A stretch of 64,000 nt of DNA, taken from assembly GCF_964355755.1 (NCBI RefSeq), contig NC_092672.1, positions 32,680,437-32,744,436 on the forward strand. Reading direction: 5' to 3'. The translations under genes and the position numbers were made by a program. The notes below the pieces were generated by a model. That model was not told the origin of the DNA and ran no database searches. It worked only from the letters and a program-made list of their open reading frames with translations. Source of the DNA: Antedon mediterranea. Lineage: Eukaryota > Animalia > Echinodermata. This document shows, piece by piece, positions 24,401 to 38,700 of this stretch (position 1 is the stretch's first letter; every line of letters starts with the position of its first letter).

Positions 24401-27400
24401 CTGTCTGTCGGTCCGGTATCACTATACGTTTTATCGCTTTCTGACCTTATCTTGATATCAGTTTAATCTAGCTAAGTCAATTTTTCACAGTATATTCCTT
24501 ATGGCCAGGAATCGATGTGGTTATGTTTTCACGGTGTGCAATAAAAAATTACGCGGTCTACGCACGATTTAACAAAATCACGTTTGTAATCATATCTTCA
24601 CAACCATGAATCACAATTAAATAAAATTTGGTACTCATAAATTTCAGGGCATAAATCATCATATGGCAATACAATTACGTGCGTAGCGCATGTAACGCAT
24701 GCGTACGCGCGCTTAAAATTTTCAAAATTTATTTTCGATGAAATAAGAGTACGTTTCAGGCAATTTTAAGCGTTTACAAAATTGCCATGAGTACGCAGAT
24801 TTTTGCGCGCGCACTGCACGTTAAATGTTATTGCGCACTCTTTTTGCCCGATTTCTGTTTTCTTGACTTACTTTTCAACTCGAAATTACGTTATACGAGC
24901 ACGTCAAAAGTGACAGGCTACGCACGTGTAAATTAAAAAAATATGTAAAAACTGTTTTTAAACATTTCAACATTTTTAAACATGTTCAGTAATTTTGGTC
25001 AGTTGGTAGGTTGGTCGGTCGGTCGGTAAACACTAAGCAGGCGACTGCAGCCATCTATATGGCCTTGTTATTTTATACCTTCCTGCACAATATACCAGAT
25101 TTTGATCCCAGTATCATGGGAATATTCGGTAGTGTATAGCACCACATGTGTATCACATGTGATGCCTGTATCATGTTAGGGAAGGTATTGACTTAAGTTA
25201 TGGTTAGTGTCATTGTTTGTCATTTCTTTTTTTTTAAATTGTTTGTAATTTTATTCTTCTCATTAAAAGGCTCTTGCTGCTGGTTTGGACGGCAAAGCTG
25301 TAGAAAAAGTCATGATTTTCGATCGGATTACAACAACCAAGTTTTAAAAAACTTTGGCATTGCCTTTCTAATACATGACGAGTTGAAAACTTTGCTTCGA
25401 TGGAAATGTCCACAGTTTACAGTTCCAGAATTCTGTGGACAATACAGAAGAAACATGGGCTGTGGCAAAGAACGCTGCAGGTTTCTACATATATGCAGGT
25501 AAGAGTATTTCACAGTAAAATCCAGCACTGACCAATAGTTAAGTGATGATAACTAAACAAATAATATCATTTGAATGTGGTGAAGTATACTGGAGTTTTT
25601 AAGCTTTTTATTACTGAATTGTAGAAGCACGGCCTATTATGTTAGTAATATCTATGTATGACTTGATGATGGTAAACTGTATATCTAAGGAGTTATTCCA
25701 ACATTTCCCACAATTTGTAATGTTAATATGGTTGTATTTATATAGTAGATATTAGCTCTTTTAGCAGATTTTCCAAAAGTGATTGAAATAAAAGACAGAT
25801 TGAATGACAATGACAACACTTGGTTTCCTTTCTCATGATAATTAGAATCATGTAAGTTACAAAATAATAATTCTGCTTTTCAGAAATTTTGTGATGGAAA
25901 CTTGCAGCTATGGAAAAAGATGCAAGTTTGCCCATGACATCTATCAAATAGAGTCTAATAAGGAATTACTGTATAGGTTTCAAATTAGTCTTGCCTATAG
26001 CTCGGATGATGTCATCCGCTTGATCAAAGAGCGCCATCAGGAAATCTATCGACCTGATCTTGAGGTCTTGCAGAGTGATGGAGAAGATAATCAATGTAGT
26101 CAGGAAGAGTGCATTGATGAAGAAGAAAGTCCAGAAATCAGTCCACCTATCTCTCCTATATTAATTACTCATAGGGATTTCGTTTCTCAAGAGTACTCAA
26201 GAAGAGATACTTTTACTCATAAACCAGAACAAATGGTTAGACAAACAAGCTCAAAACACAATTTTGCTCCATTTAAATCAAACGTCCAAGATTTGCTTAA
26301 GAGTTCTGCAGTAGTGACATCAGCTAAACCATCAACACAATATGTTCCAAATAATGAGATACAACAGAAGTCACATCAAGTTCAACCTCTACCTAGTACC
26401 AAAGGAGAAAGGATTACACAACATGCACCATACCAGAAACAGGACAATTTCCAAGATATACCAAAGATGTCTTCGGTAATGACTGCAGTTAAACCATTGC
26501 AATATAACATTGCAACTAATCTGTTAGAAGAAAAGTCAGATATCCAGTCTGCATTCGTTTCTACAAGTCAAGTTCAACCACTATCTAGTAGTAGAAGCAA
26601 CGAAGAAAGAAACACATACACATACACATACAATCTAAGTCCAAAAAGTCCTTCATCAAACCTTAATTTCCAAGAAATGCCAACAAATTTGTCAGTTATG
26701 GCTGCAGCTAAACCATCAATATCACATATTGCAACTAATGTTTTAGAAATGAAGGTAGATTCTGCAAAGCAAGTTCAGTCACTACCTAGTAAAAAAAAAG
26801 AAATGGGTATTGCCAGATTCACAAAAAGTCCAATACAAGTGAAAATGAGAGAAATTTGCAAGGACAACCTGAAAGGAAACTGCAGTAGTGGCAGTATGTG
26901 TCAGAGAATGCATTGTGATCTTCCTTATCAATGGCAAATGTCCATTAATGATAGGTGGGTTGACTTTGATGATAGATCAAATCTGAAAGTGGAAGAAGGA
27001 TTTTCTGGAGAAATCACTGATTGTCCTCAGTTTCCTGTAAATACTACCATGTAAGTTTTGGACTCTTTATTGCTTAAGCCCTGTCTACACTTTATCAAAC
27101 TACTGTAGTTGACAAAAAAAGTGTGATGTACCCAAATATGGTTTTGATATGCCCAAATATTTTAGTGATATGACATCATCATGTCTCTGTGTAGACAGAG
27201 TTTTGGAAGTTTAAGTTAAGATTGTACTTTATGATAGTGTTGATGAAATTGAAGCACAAAATAAGCAGCTGGTATTGCAAAGAAAATTGTAGTTCAAGTT
27301 TTGTTTTTATATCTGCAAAATACATTCCATAACCAATTTATTGCTTGCTGACTACAATCACTAAGTTCATCCTGTTTATTCTACTTTAGTTATAAGAATT

Positions 27401-29794
27401 ATATGCAGTTGTATTTTTTGTATTAAAAAATCTGAATTTTGAAATGAATTAATGGCTATTACTCTTCTTCTTTTTAAAAAAGGGATGTGTGTTTTGATAG
27501 CATGCTTGCATCCGATGGGTTAGACCTCATTTCAGTTGAGCGACTGGAAGTCAAAGGTGATGAAGATGTTTCTGATGCCTATCTGGTATCTCCGTGGTCT
27601 TGGTATTGGCAGGATGAATGTGGAAAGTGGATTGAATACAGCGAACAGGTAGGCTTGTTTAAATATTTTATCTTCTCAACACTCCTCAACCAACAAAAAG
27701 AGAGCAGTAAGCAAGTAACTACAGTAAATAGTGCAGGGAAGAATAGTGCAGGAGCAGAGAAATATTGCTATTCATGCTCCAGCATACAGTACAGTATTTT
27801 GTATTATTAGAACATGATTAAAACAAGATTAATTTCCATTTTTAATTAGAATACCAAGCAGAGTGCACGATCAGACAAAGAAAGTTCAGATTTTGAAAGT
27901 TTGTTTAAAGCTTATAAAAATGAAAATGGAAGTTCCAGCGTTAAATTCAAGGCTGGCAATCAAAACTACACTTTGGACTTCTCTGCCATGAGCCAAACCA
28001 ATGATAGATACCATACCAAAAGACCTGTTTGTCGAAGACCAGTCAGACAGATAAAACCAAAGGATGTTGAGAAGTACAGAAAAGAAAAACCTTGGTAAAA
28101 AATAATAATTGTTAAATTATTCTTATTCGTATTTCTGAATTCAGAATTAATTATTTCTCCTAGATCATACGAAGGTATTTACTACCACATACTACTATGT
28201 TCCATTCTATAGCGGGTACTCTCCCTCATCACACACCAACCACCCCAGTAGTTTAAAATATTCCCAGTACAAATTCTGGTTATGTTGATCTAGTACTCTC
28301 AACCCCTAACCTTGTGTATGGAAGTTTGCAATAACAAACAAGTACTCAACCTGTAGCCCTAGTTTACTTTTACCAGGGAAGTTCATTTCACTCTTTCCTG
28401 CTGTTACCTTTTTTGTTATATTATATACTTAGGTTACACACTCATACTTTCCCAAGGACTTGGGATACAACCATCAAAACAAAAACACATTGTCTTGTAA
28501 GAGTGACTAAGGAAGCAAATAACGAAGAATACAAAGAAATATCCAAACTATTTAAAAGAACTCTTCCAGATGGAGCAATAACTCGACTTGAACGAGTCCA
28601 GAATGAGATCTGCTGGGAAGCATTTGCACGGTAAATTTTAAAATGATATGATAAATTGTTTACACTGTTTGACAGTAGTGATGTTATGGTATGAAAGATA
28701 CATACTAATTTATAATAGCAATGCTATAGTTAATGCACTTACTACTTTTCTTAATTTTTATTAAAAAGTTTTGGGCCATATTATAAGAGCTTATGACATG
28801 AAGGTTATGGAATTTTTAAATAAAGCCTAAAGAAGGCCTTTAGCCTCGAACCAGACCATTGGTTCCCCACTGCAGCCAAATGTTGATAGCTTCATTTGCC
28901 TGTCTACTTTAAATATTGTGTCTATTGACCCTGAACTCTTTTTTCATTGATTTTTTAACAATTTATTTTTGTCTCACAAGGCAAAGGGAAACCATGATGA
29001 AGAAAAACTCTCGTAGAAAAATTGAAGAGCTCCAACTGTTTCATGGAACAATGCAGGATAAAGTTGATGATATCTGTCGTGATAATTTTGACTTTCGCTT
29101 GAGTGGTACACGAGTTGGTCATGTTTATGGACAAGGAGCTTACTTCGCAAAGTCAGCAAAGTATTCCAATGATTACGCTGAAAAAGACAGTGCTGGTAGG
29201 AAGAGGATGTTTGTTGCAAGAATTCTTGTTGGTAGCTACACAGTTGGCACAAAAGAGATGCGCCGGCCACCGTTTAAAGACCCGGCAGATAAGTCAAAGG
29301 GGATGTATGACTCTTGTGTTGATGATGTAGCTAATCCAAGTATTTTTGTGGTGTTTGATAACCATCAGGTTTATCCAGAATATCTGATTACATATACCAT
29401 TTCATCGCCTAATACAACATTATCTAGAGCATCAAACATTCAACCATCTATTGCGACCTCCTACCCATCATCAAGAACTGCAGCAAGTGCCAGCCATTCA
29501 GGGTACAGTAACCCATATTCATCAAGCAGGTATAGCCCACCTACTGTCCGATCTTCAAGTTCAAACCAACCATCTTACACTAACAACCCATACTCAGCAA
29601 GCAGGTATAGCCCACCTACTGTCCGATCTTCAAGTTCAAACCAACCATCTTACACTAACAACCCATACTCAGCAAGCAGGTATAGCCCACCTACCATTCG
29701 ATCTTCAAGTTCAATCCAACCATCTTACAGTAGTCAAAGTAGTTTGCCAAGGAGGGACAGCAAAGCAGATAATAATAAATGTATTTGTATGTAA
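21470..29794 (+). CDS. PARP12: PARP12/ZAP(ZC3HAV1)-like protein, ~1379 aa: two modules of (N-terminal helical region + 4 CCCH), linker, CCCH, WWE-WWE, PARP (H-Y-I), Ser/Pro/Tyr repeats, CaaX (CICM). Exons 21470-21851, 22070-22295, 22588-22922, 23650-24027, 25270-25498, 25884-27050, 27483-27648, 27850-28094, 28433-28630, 28981-29794
   Basis: All introns GT-AG and phase-compatible; exons total 4140 nt; CCCH spacing; YQWQ...W and WYWQDECGKWIEY WWE motifs; LFHGT, YGQGAYFA, PSIFVVFD, YPEYLITY. Confidence 0.88.
23430..23600 (-). mobile_element. Diverged, truncated copy of the tRNA-derived SINE in intron 3
   Basis: gtgtacactggacctacg...tatagtcct...gaagact...caccagaac matches 6470-6530. Confidence 0.6.
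24346..25069 (+). mobile_element. Helentron-associated (HINE/DINE-1-like) non-autonomous element in intron 4
   Basis: Begins tttttagtcgcgtg; (gtcg/gtct)n microsatellite; subterminal inverted caggcgact; 3' hairpin gcc...ggccttgtt; absent from the paralogous introns. Confidence 0.7.
29510..29730 (+). repeat. Coding 75-bp tandem repeat x3 (NPYSASRYSPPTVRSSSSNQPSYTN)
   Basis: aacccata recurs at 29510, 29585 and 29660; same array at ~42842-43060. Confidence 0.9.
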
Positions 29795-31508
29795 TGAAAG
29801 TTGCTGCTAGCAGTTTCTCGTTTTATGATTGGGCACCATCTACAGTAAATAAGTGAAATTATGATAACCTCTGTACGACCTGATTGTAAAATCCTAAGAT
29901 AGCCCAAAGGCTACAGGGGAATTAAAAGGTTTAGGAGGAGATATAGTAACAAATATGGGGTTAGTGCTATTATAATATAGATATAATATAATATATAATT
30001 TAGATGTCTTCCAAAAACGTTTGGTTTGTATTCCTTTGTTGTGTATTTCTTTGTTTATTGTGGTTAATAGATTCAAAGTTGTGTAACTAAAATCTCCATT
30101 ATTGTCATCAACCCATCCACCACCAATCCTGATTTCTTCCCTGCATCCATAGCAACGGCAGGTGCAGACAAGGGTTAGTACCATCGCCATCACAGCTATT
30201 TTTATAAATTGTCAAAACAAAAGCATTTTTTATAGTGTCAGTTAAATACACTAACTAAATCAGGTTTTTTTTATTCATCTCTTTCAAGGGAGTATAAATA
30301 CAAACTTAAAATTAACAATCGATTAATATTGTTTAAGTGTATGATTGTAAACTTTAATATTATTTGTGTGCTTTACTATAAAGAATATATATATATATAT
30401 TATATCAATTTACTTTACAGTAGTTAAGTTAATTCAACATTTGGTAATTTCTATCAATAGTACAATAAACAAAATCGTAATATTACCATTAATAGATAAT
30501 CTTACAAGAAGAAATAACTTGTCACTCAAGACCCATAAACGAAAAATATTCACTTCAATATAAATATAATAAGGTCATAACAATAAAAATTTAAAGGTCT
30601 AATTTGAATACAATGATGACAGGTGATTTTAAGTGTGTTACGAAATGTTTAAAGAGAAGAAGAGTTATTTTATTGATTCCATATTAAAATAAATGGAAAT
30701 AAATTATTCTTATTCTTTATTGCCAATCAACAACAAATAAAACAAACAACTACAAAGTAAGAGGCAGGAAACACAAACAAGACAAGAGCCTGTGAATCCT
30801 CTTACCAAATATAAAAAAAAAACATTCATAAAAATACAAAAACAAGCAGAAAAGTAAAAACACTTTACTCATAGAAGAAATTCAAATCTGTCTCCTTACA
30901 AACAAACGGAATAGTTTACTGAAACTTATGACGGTACTTCTCTGATATGGATAAATTCATCATGGGAGATTGGTAATTCATAAAATAAGAGACTCGAAAA
31001 AGTAATATGTATTTCTAATATCACGCTTATTAATCAACTTATCTGATTTATCAATATGAGAAAATAGTCAGCAGCACAAGAAGAAAAAGATGAATTAATA
31101 CAGAACGTAAGGTGATTAATAATGAGTAGAGAAACCAACTTAATGACGTATGATGTAATTCTATCATGCCACTACCTATTTGGATCAAGACCATTTATAA
31201 TTATCATCATTTCATGAAGATATGATTTAGGATTAATTGAAGTCTGGCATAGAATTTTAAAGTGAAGTGCCAATTTTTGAAAAAAAAAAATTAAATTAAT
31301 GAAATGATTATAAATATCTTCTTCAGATGTATGGATAGTTTTGGCTTGACTTACATTGTATTAATCGATTCTGCCTACAAAATATATAAGTACGTTTAAA
31401 AGATCAATTTAATTTGATTTTGCTTAATTTTATTTTGCATCTCAAATAAGATTATTAGCCACTGTTTAGTATCCACATCATTATTTCGAAATTTGGCTTC
31501 AGATGTAA

Positions 31509-31667
31509 AGCTCTGTCTACACTATCAAATTTTATGTGACAAAAAATGTGATAGGCCTATATAGGGACATGATGATGTCATATCACTACCATATTTGTGC
31601 ATATCATTACCATATATGGGCACATCACACTTTTTGTCACATAAAGTTTGAGAGTGTAGACAGAGCT
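31509..31667. mobile_element. Short MITE (PIF/Harbinger/Tourist-like), TIR agctctgtctacact, TAA TSD
   Basis: taa-agctctgtctacactatcaaa...tttgagagtgtagacagagct-taa; contains 2-3 degenerate 21-bp units. Confidence 0.8.
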
Positions 31668-33005
31668 TAATTTATTTCTTTCAGAATGAAACAAATTAAA
31701 TTTCAAACTACAGCATATAATACTGTATAAATACAAGTTTCAACAAACAGTACATACATTATTTTATTATTTATTTATTTATGATCTGTAGAAATGTGGT
31801 AGTACAGTAGTGTTGTATGATTATACGAATGTATTAAACAATTGTTATTCTATAATAAATTAACATGAATATTACATTTGGATTGTTCTTTATGACAATT
31901 TGATTCTTTTTGTGGTGTAAAAGCTTTTTGAAAGTAACAAAGATATACTGTATGATCGGTGAACAACATGAGTCACAATAAAAACCAAACGCAATGATAC
32001 AGCTGTACCCACTAAACAAATAACATTCATTCAATGAAAATTGAAGATTCGACAATTGATCTTATTTTGTCATGTCGGGTTTTGAATATATTTTTGGTTA
32101 GTGTAGATCAAACAAATAAATAGTGAAATTCCTCTTCAGTATCATTTCTATTCCACAGTGTTTGGACTTTAAACTCAATTACACGCGACTTAAATTAGAC
32201 CTTTGGAACTACCAGACAAACCGTTCGGATCCAAAAATGTGGGCCTACACATTAACCCAACAAAATCTACCCAGAAAGGTCATATTTTATGCATCTTTTT
32301 CAACATTGGTCGACTTGATCCTTTATTACTTATTTTACTTATCTTGTGGTTAATCGGCGATGGTAAATTCTACTGAGGTAGGTTTTGGAAACAGCTTTCT
32401 CAAATTGTCCAGGGAAGCCGCACGCGGCCATTACAAATGGTAATGTAAATATATAGACCCGAAATCACTGAATAATACAAAGATAAATATTTTCCTATCC
32501 TAATATACCGATAATATAAATAATATGTAATTACCTGCCTGCCTGTCGGTCATTTCTTCTCCGTCGAGTAATAAAAATGTCATTGCCCGGTACGACCAAT
32601 GCCATCTAGTAGGGTTTTACCATATATAAAATCTTATCATCTACCTTAATGTTAAATTTAATTTATATTAACTATTTTCTACCAAAACCTGAACTATTGT
32701 TTTTTTGTCATAGAACCTTCAACAACAGGCTCAATCCAGCGCTCGGTATACGTGACGCAAACTTGTATATTTATGTATTCAAATCACTATTTGGCAGTTT
32801 GTTTCCTTACAAATTGCATAAAACAAACAATTAAATAACCAAAAAACATTAAACATGATTTTAGCATGTAATTTTAACATTTTACATTCTACATTATAAA
32901 CCATACCTGGCGTAGATTTGTATGCTAATAACTATCTGTATACATTCCAATTTTCAGAAATTTCAGAAGAAAATTATGAAATAAGTACTAAGTATTATTT
33001 TACAC

Positions 33006-35370
33006 ATGGCTGCATCAGGTACGATAGTTCTCCAATTTAAGATCTCAAATTTCACAAATCCTGAATTTCAGCATACATCCATTCAAAGAAATAACATATT
33101 AGTGAACTTATTAAAATATTTCAACAAATATTTATTTTGCCATTGTAAAATGTTCTTTTCTATTTAGTACTTCTATTTTAAAATTATTTATAAAAATATA
33201 TTATTTGTCTTAATTATATCAAACCGTTTATAACATTTAATCTGTTTTCGCTATATAGAAAGACTTGACTCATCTTTTAAACAAGGTTTAATAACTTTTT
33301 CAACTTGGTATGACGAACGTTCGTACATAACAAAACTAAAAGTGTTGTACCAAGGTAAAATTGCAGAAACGGATTTATACAATGCCTCAACGACGATGGA
33401 CTTGCTGAATCATTTATCTGATTCTGGGGATCACAGTTCAACAGATTACACTATTCTTTGTGATACAATAAAGGCCACTAAACAGTTTGGTATTATTGAA
33501 GAACTTCGAGTTCACATTCCATCTTTCCCGAATGTAAGAGAAGAAATCATTATTTCCAAGTTCAGTCATCATCAACAAAACATTATGAATTTAGGAAATG
33601 AACTAATACAGGAAGAAGTGAAAAAAATTGACATTATGTTCAATAAACCTCCAAAGAATCATAAAGATGGATGGAATCTCCTTTTGGATTTACAGCACAA
33701 ACAAATTATTTGTGAAGAAGAGAAAAAAATGGATACATTTATTAAGACCTTAGATAATCTTGGATTACCTCGCGCTGTAGCAACTCTTACTCAAGGTACA
33801 ATGTGATGAGTTTATTGGAACATGCTTACATTAAGCTCTGTCTACACTATCAAACTTATATCAAAAAAATGTGATGTGCCCATACAGTATAAATATGATG
33901 ATGTCATATCACTACCATATTTAAGCATATCACTACCATATTTTGGCATATCACTACCATATTTTGGCATATCACTACCATATTTAGGCATATCACTACC
34001 ATATTTAGGCATATCACTACCATATTTAGGCATATCACTACCATATTTAGGCATATCACTGCCATATTTAGGCATATCACTACCATATTTTGGCATATCA
34101 CTACCATATTTAGGCATATCACTACCATATTTAGGCATATCACTACCATATTTAGGCATATCACTACCATATTTAGGCATATCACTACCATATTTAGGCA
34201 TATCACTACCATATTTAGGCATATCACTACCATATTTAGGCATATCACTACCATATTTAGGCATATCACTACCATATTTAGGCATATCACTACCATATTT
34301 AGGCATATCACTACCATAGTTAAGCATATCCCTACCATATTTAGGCATATCACTACCATATTTAGGCATATCACTACCATATTTAGGCATATCACTACCA
34401 TATTTAGGCGTATCACACTTTTTTTGTCAAACTAGTTTGATAGTGTAAACAGAGCTTAAGAGAAAGTTATTTGAAAGCAATTTTTTTGCTTTCTACATAG
34501 TTTTAAAAATATTACTTAAATAATTTAAAACTTTCTATATATAATTTCAAACAATTGTAAATCATGTATGAAATTGGTTCTTATTAATCAGAAATCATCA
34601 AAATATTTTAAATATCATTACAGATGTTCCAATATCCGTTACTATGAAACGTAAGTCTGACCATGAAGACAATCAAGCTCTAAAGAGAACCTGTCTTCCC
34701 GCTGTATCTACACAAAGAAATCTTAATGGAAAACTAGAATGTTTTCAAAGCATTATTGATGAAATTCTGCGATCTTTACATACTCTATCTAAAATTAGGC
34801 CATCATCACTAAAAGATATTGATGACAATCTACATCTTTACCACCTAATCTTTCTGATAATACACCATCTGTACTCGCAACTATCCTTCAAAATCTGAAG
34901 TCTTTACAAAAAAACTATTAATGATAATCTACAAACATTACAATGTACTCTTAATATTGAAAATAGGCCTGTGGAAAGACGTATTTATAAAAAACTGCAA
35001 TCATTAAAAACCTTTCTTAAAAAAAGGAAACAATGTTTGTCAAATTTCACACCAACATTTTGTAAATACATAGGGGAACTAAACACTATGACACAAGATG
35101 ATGAGCAGAGATTATTTAGGACAGTACAACTCCTGATTTCTTTCTGCCAAAGATATGGATGTGAATTAAGCAAGCTGGAACGCAAATGTATAGTTTTTAC
35201 TTTTTCTGTACTGGACCCCATTGCTCTGGCTAATCTGTGGAATATGTGTCAAACGGGAGAGCTTCTTATAAAAGTGTCAAAGGAGCATCAGAAGACATTT
35301 CAAGTGGAATGGACAACAGAAATTGACAAAAACAAATATAAGGAAGCACTTTGTATGCTTGAACGAGAAG
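33006..35370 (+). pseudogene. 5' exons of the DED/TRADD-N-like gene (copy 1): 33006-33018, 33259-33795 (intact), 34624-~35370 (frameshifted, donor lost)
   Basis: Homologous to 58705-60458; -1 and +1 indels at ~34834 and ~34910 with a stop at 34898; donor G/GTGAG changed to G/GAAGA. Confidence 0.75.
33834..34456. mobile_element. MITE of the same family with an internally expanded 21-bp minisatellite (~24 units)
   Basis: TIRs agctctgtctacactatcaaact / agtttgatagtgtaaacagagct; unit catatcactaccatatttagg; empty site at ~59531. Confidence 0.9.
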
Positions 35371-35702
35371 GAAGAGAAAACTGTTCAATGCTTCAATCGA
35401 ATGAACAATTTTTTACAGGCATGTTATAATAAGGATTATTTTTAACCAAGTGATTTTTCAATGAACACATGTGTAGGCTATAAAGGTTCAGTCGAATATC
35501 GCATTAACCTAACAGCAATAACATTTACAAATAGTATAGATTCCAAATATATTAGAAAATCATCTTGATGTTGAGTGGTACACAGACTTAACAAGAATTA
35601 TGCTTTATACACATTTTTTTGGGATATTGCAATTTGAGCAATTATAAAATAAATTGGTCCGAGTATATTATGATTTTATTTTTTCTTTGTTACTCTATAG
35701 CA

Positions 35703-38700
35703 ATGACAGACAACAGAAAAAGACAACGTTATCGTGGTGGCCGTGGGCGGAGTGGTCAAACAAATAAACAAAATTGTTTAACAAGCAAATCGCATGTGAT
35801 AGAGAAAGCTTTGAAGACAGTCTGTGAAAATGGTGGTAGTATTTCTTTTGAAGATCTTGAAGTAAAAGTTGGAAAGATTTCACCTGATCTAGAAAGTTTT
35901 GAATACATGATATCACATCTTGATCATGAGTATTACCATTTTACCTTGATAGACCATGAAGATGGTAATACTGATGTTCAAGTGTTTACTCAAGTTAAGA
36001 TCTGCCCGTCCTACCAAAAAAAATGGTGAATGCAGGAAAAGTGATACTTGCACAGATTTACACCTGTGTGGTTACTTTGCTACAGGTACGGTTTATAATT
36101 GGCAGTCTATTGTTTTGTTATTATTTTTTTTAATTTGTTATTTAAAAATAAGTATGATAACAGTTTTAAAAAATGTGTTAACAAAGCAAAAATGTGGACA
36201 TTCAACGAAACTTCCCCAGTAATTGTGTATTCAAAACTATTAACTAATTAAAGGCCTATTAATATGATCTGTAATCAAAACTTTGAAGTTTGAGACTTTA
36301 AAAAATGCAAAACAACATGTCTAAACTGAACATTTCTGGTATTCTGTGGCAATGGGCCAGAACCACGTTCTTGGTAAGGAAAGAGCAACTAAATAAGTTA
36401 TTTTATTAAAGGTTCTTTCTGCTGGTTTGGAAGAACTTGTAGCAAAACTCATCATTACCGATCAGATCACAACAAGCAGGTGTTAAGAAACTTTAAAATT
36501 GCCTTCTTGCCCCAAGAACAGGCAAGTGTGCTATTTCGATGGGCCTGGCCACATTTTACTGTTCCAGATTTCTGTGGAAAATACCGCAGTAATACAGGTT
36601 GTGGCAAGCATAATTGCAGATTTCTACATCTTTGCAAGTAAGAATAACTGATTTTTATAAATTCTTTAAAAGCTGAAATAAAGAAACTTTAAACCATCCA
36701 GCGATTGCTTGGATTGTGCTTCTTGTCTGTCTGTGGGGCCAACTACATAGTGTTAGAACCTTAACACTAGGTTCTTTTACCGAAACAGATATTGACCAAT
36801 TTACAACAATTAAGTTGTACAGCAACTTTTCTCATGCCCTCTTTGCATTTCAGAAATCATGTTATGGAAACTTGCAAATTTGGAGCACGATGTAAGTTTG
36901 ACCATGAAATTTACCATGATGGATCTAACACCCAATTATTGAAGCATTTTGGAATTAGACTGGGTAACAGTTCTGATGATATAATCCGCCTGATTAAAGA
37001 GCGCCATGAAGGATTCTATTGTCCTGATGTTGAGGTGCTTCAGGGTGAATATGCAAAAACTGAGAGCGAATATAGTTTTGGGGAACGCAGCGGTGAGGAA
37101 GAAAGCCAATACAGTCCAGAAGAGGGCAGCGATGACGATAGAGAAAGCATTGTATCTAGTTCTACTTATGAGTTATATCAGAGAGCAGGTAAGTTAAGTA
37201 TACTCTAAATTTACAAACAAAACAGCTAATTTGAGAGAAAAAAATGATTAATGAAGTGCAGATAATCAAATAATCATACAAAGATATCTCCCTTGTTAAT
37301 TACAAATGATTCCCAAAATTTCGAGAGATTTCTTGTCATTTCCCACCAAATTCTCCTGATTGTTTTAGTACAAAAAGAACATCCTGAAATTCATAAATTT
37401 ATCATTTAGGCTCTACAAATAAAAAAAATGCGTTGCCATCACAATGTACGTCATCATATGTCATGCTTGGAGTGCCTGGCTTACTGTAGATGCTGATGCT
37501 AGAAATTTAAAATAGCACCATCTATTGGTAGTTGTATTTTTCTTTAAAATATTGCGTCCTCTATGGTAATATAAAAATCCTGTTTTTTGAATAGATAAAT
37601 CATTAAATTTTAATTTTATTTCTAATTAGCTTCCAACACTAGACAAAGGCACAGACATCGCCATCGCGGTCGTCGACGTGATTATAATCGAAGAAAAAAA
37701 GAAGAAAGTCTGACAAGTAAATCTTCTGTGGCTGAGAGATCACTGCAAGTAGTCTGTCAAAATGGTGGTAGTATTTCAGCGCAAGACCTTAAAGAGAAAG
37801 TTGGAAAGGTTTCACCCGATCTAGGAAGTTTGGAAAACATCATATCAGACCTCGATCATGAGAATTACCATTTTAAGTTCATAGACTATGAAGATGATAA
37901 TGTTGATGTTACAGTGTACACCCAAGTTAATATCTGTCAAACATATCAAAAGAATGAATGCACAGATGACTGCACAGATTTACACCTGTGTGGTTACTTT
38001 GCTACAGGTACGGTAGTCTGCTTTAAGTTGCTGTTGTTGCTAACGTTTTCCGTCTTCCGACATTACGCTTTCCACAATTTGTTTCCATTTTTTTCTGTTT
38101 ATGGCAGGATGGTTTGTTATTGTGTTAGTGTCTACTAGTCCTTGTAAGTCTTTCTTTATTTGATTCATCCAGTTATTTCTTGGTCTTCCTATGGGTAGTT
38201 TTACTTTCGATCCTGTTAGTTTCCTTCATTGTTTGTTTGATTGGTAGTCTGCTTTAACCCACCTATTAAATGCAGTATCAGAAGTACCCTCTATGTAGAG
38301 GGGTAAAACCCCATCTATAGCTTCAATAGAATTTTTCTGGAGAAAGACTCCAAAACCCTTGTTCTTCTCATCTGCAATCTGAAGTTTGTGTATCTTTGGA
38401 AACTTTACACAGAAAGTATTACTGAAATATTTTAATCCTTTGCTATTTCAATATAATACAGTAATACTCAAGGAGAGACCACTCAATTTTCAGAGCAATT
38501 TTTTTCCCAGTATCATATGAATATTCGGTAATACAGTATCTCATATGTATCATATGCCTGTATCATGTAAGGTTAGGTTAATGGTTAGGTTATATGGTCT
38601 ATAATATAAGGCAATACATGTGAAACATGATAATTATGAATGATAATTAATAATTATTTATTATTTAACTTTGTTGTAAATTGTTTGTTATTTTTGTAAA

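Noticed and set aside
29894-32834. Short ORFs repeated near-identically at 43226-46531
   Set aside because: Identity reflects the recent segmental duplication; no coding features, and most are not preserved in the more diverged third copy
33905-34410. CRISPR-like periodic array
   Set aside because: Head-to-tail repeats without unique spacers, no cas genes, eukaryotic context
33822-34416. Long repetitive ORFs (MPKYGSD)n, (ISLPYLG)n, (MVVICLN)n, also at 47491-48502
   Set aside because: By-products of a stop-free 21-bp minisatellite inside an intronic MITE
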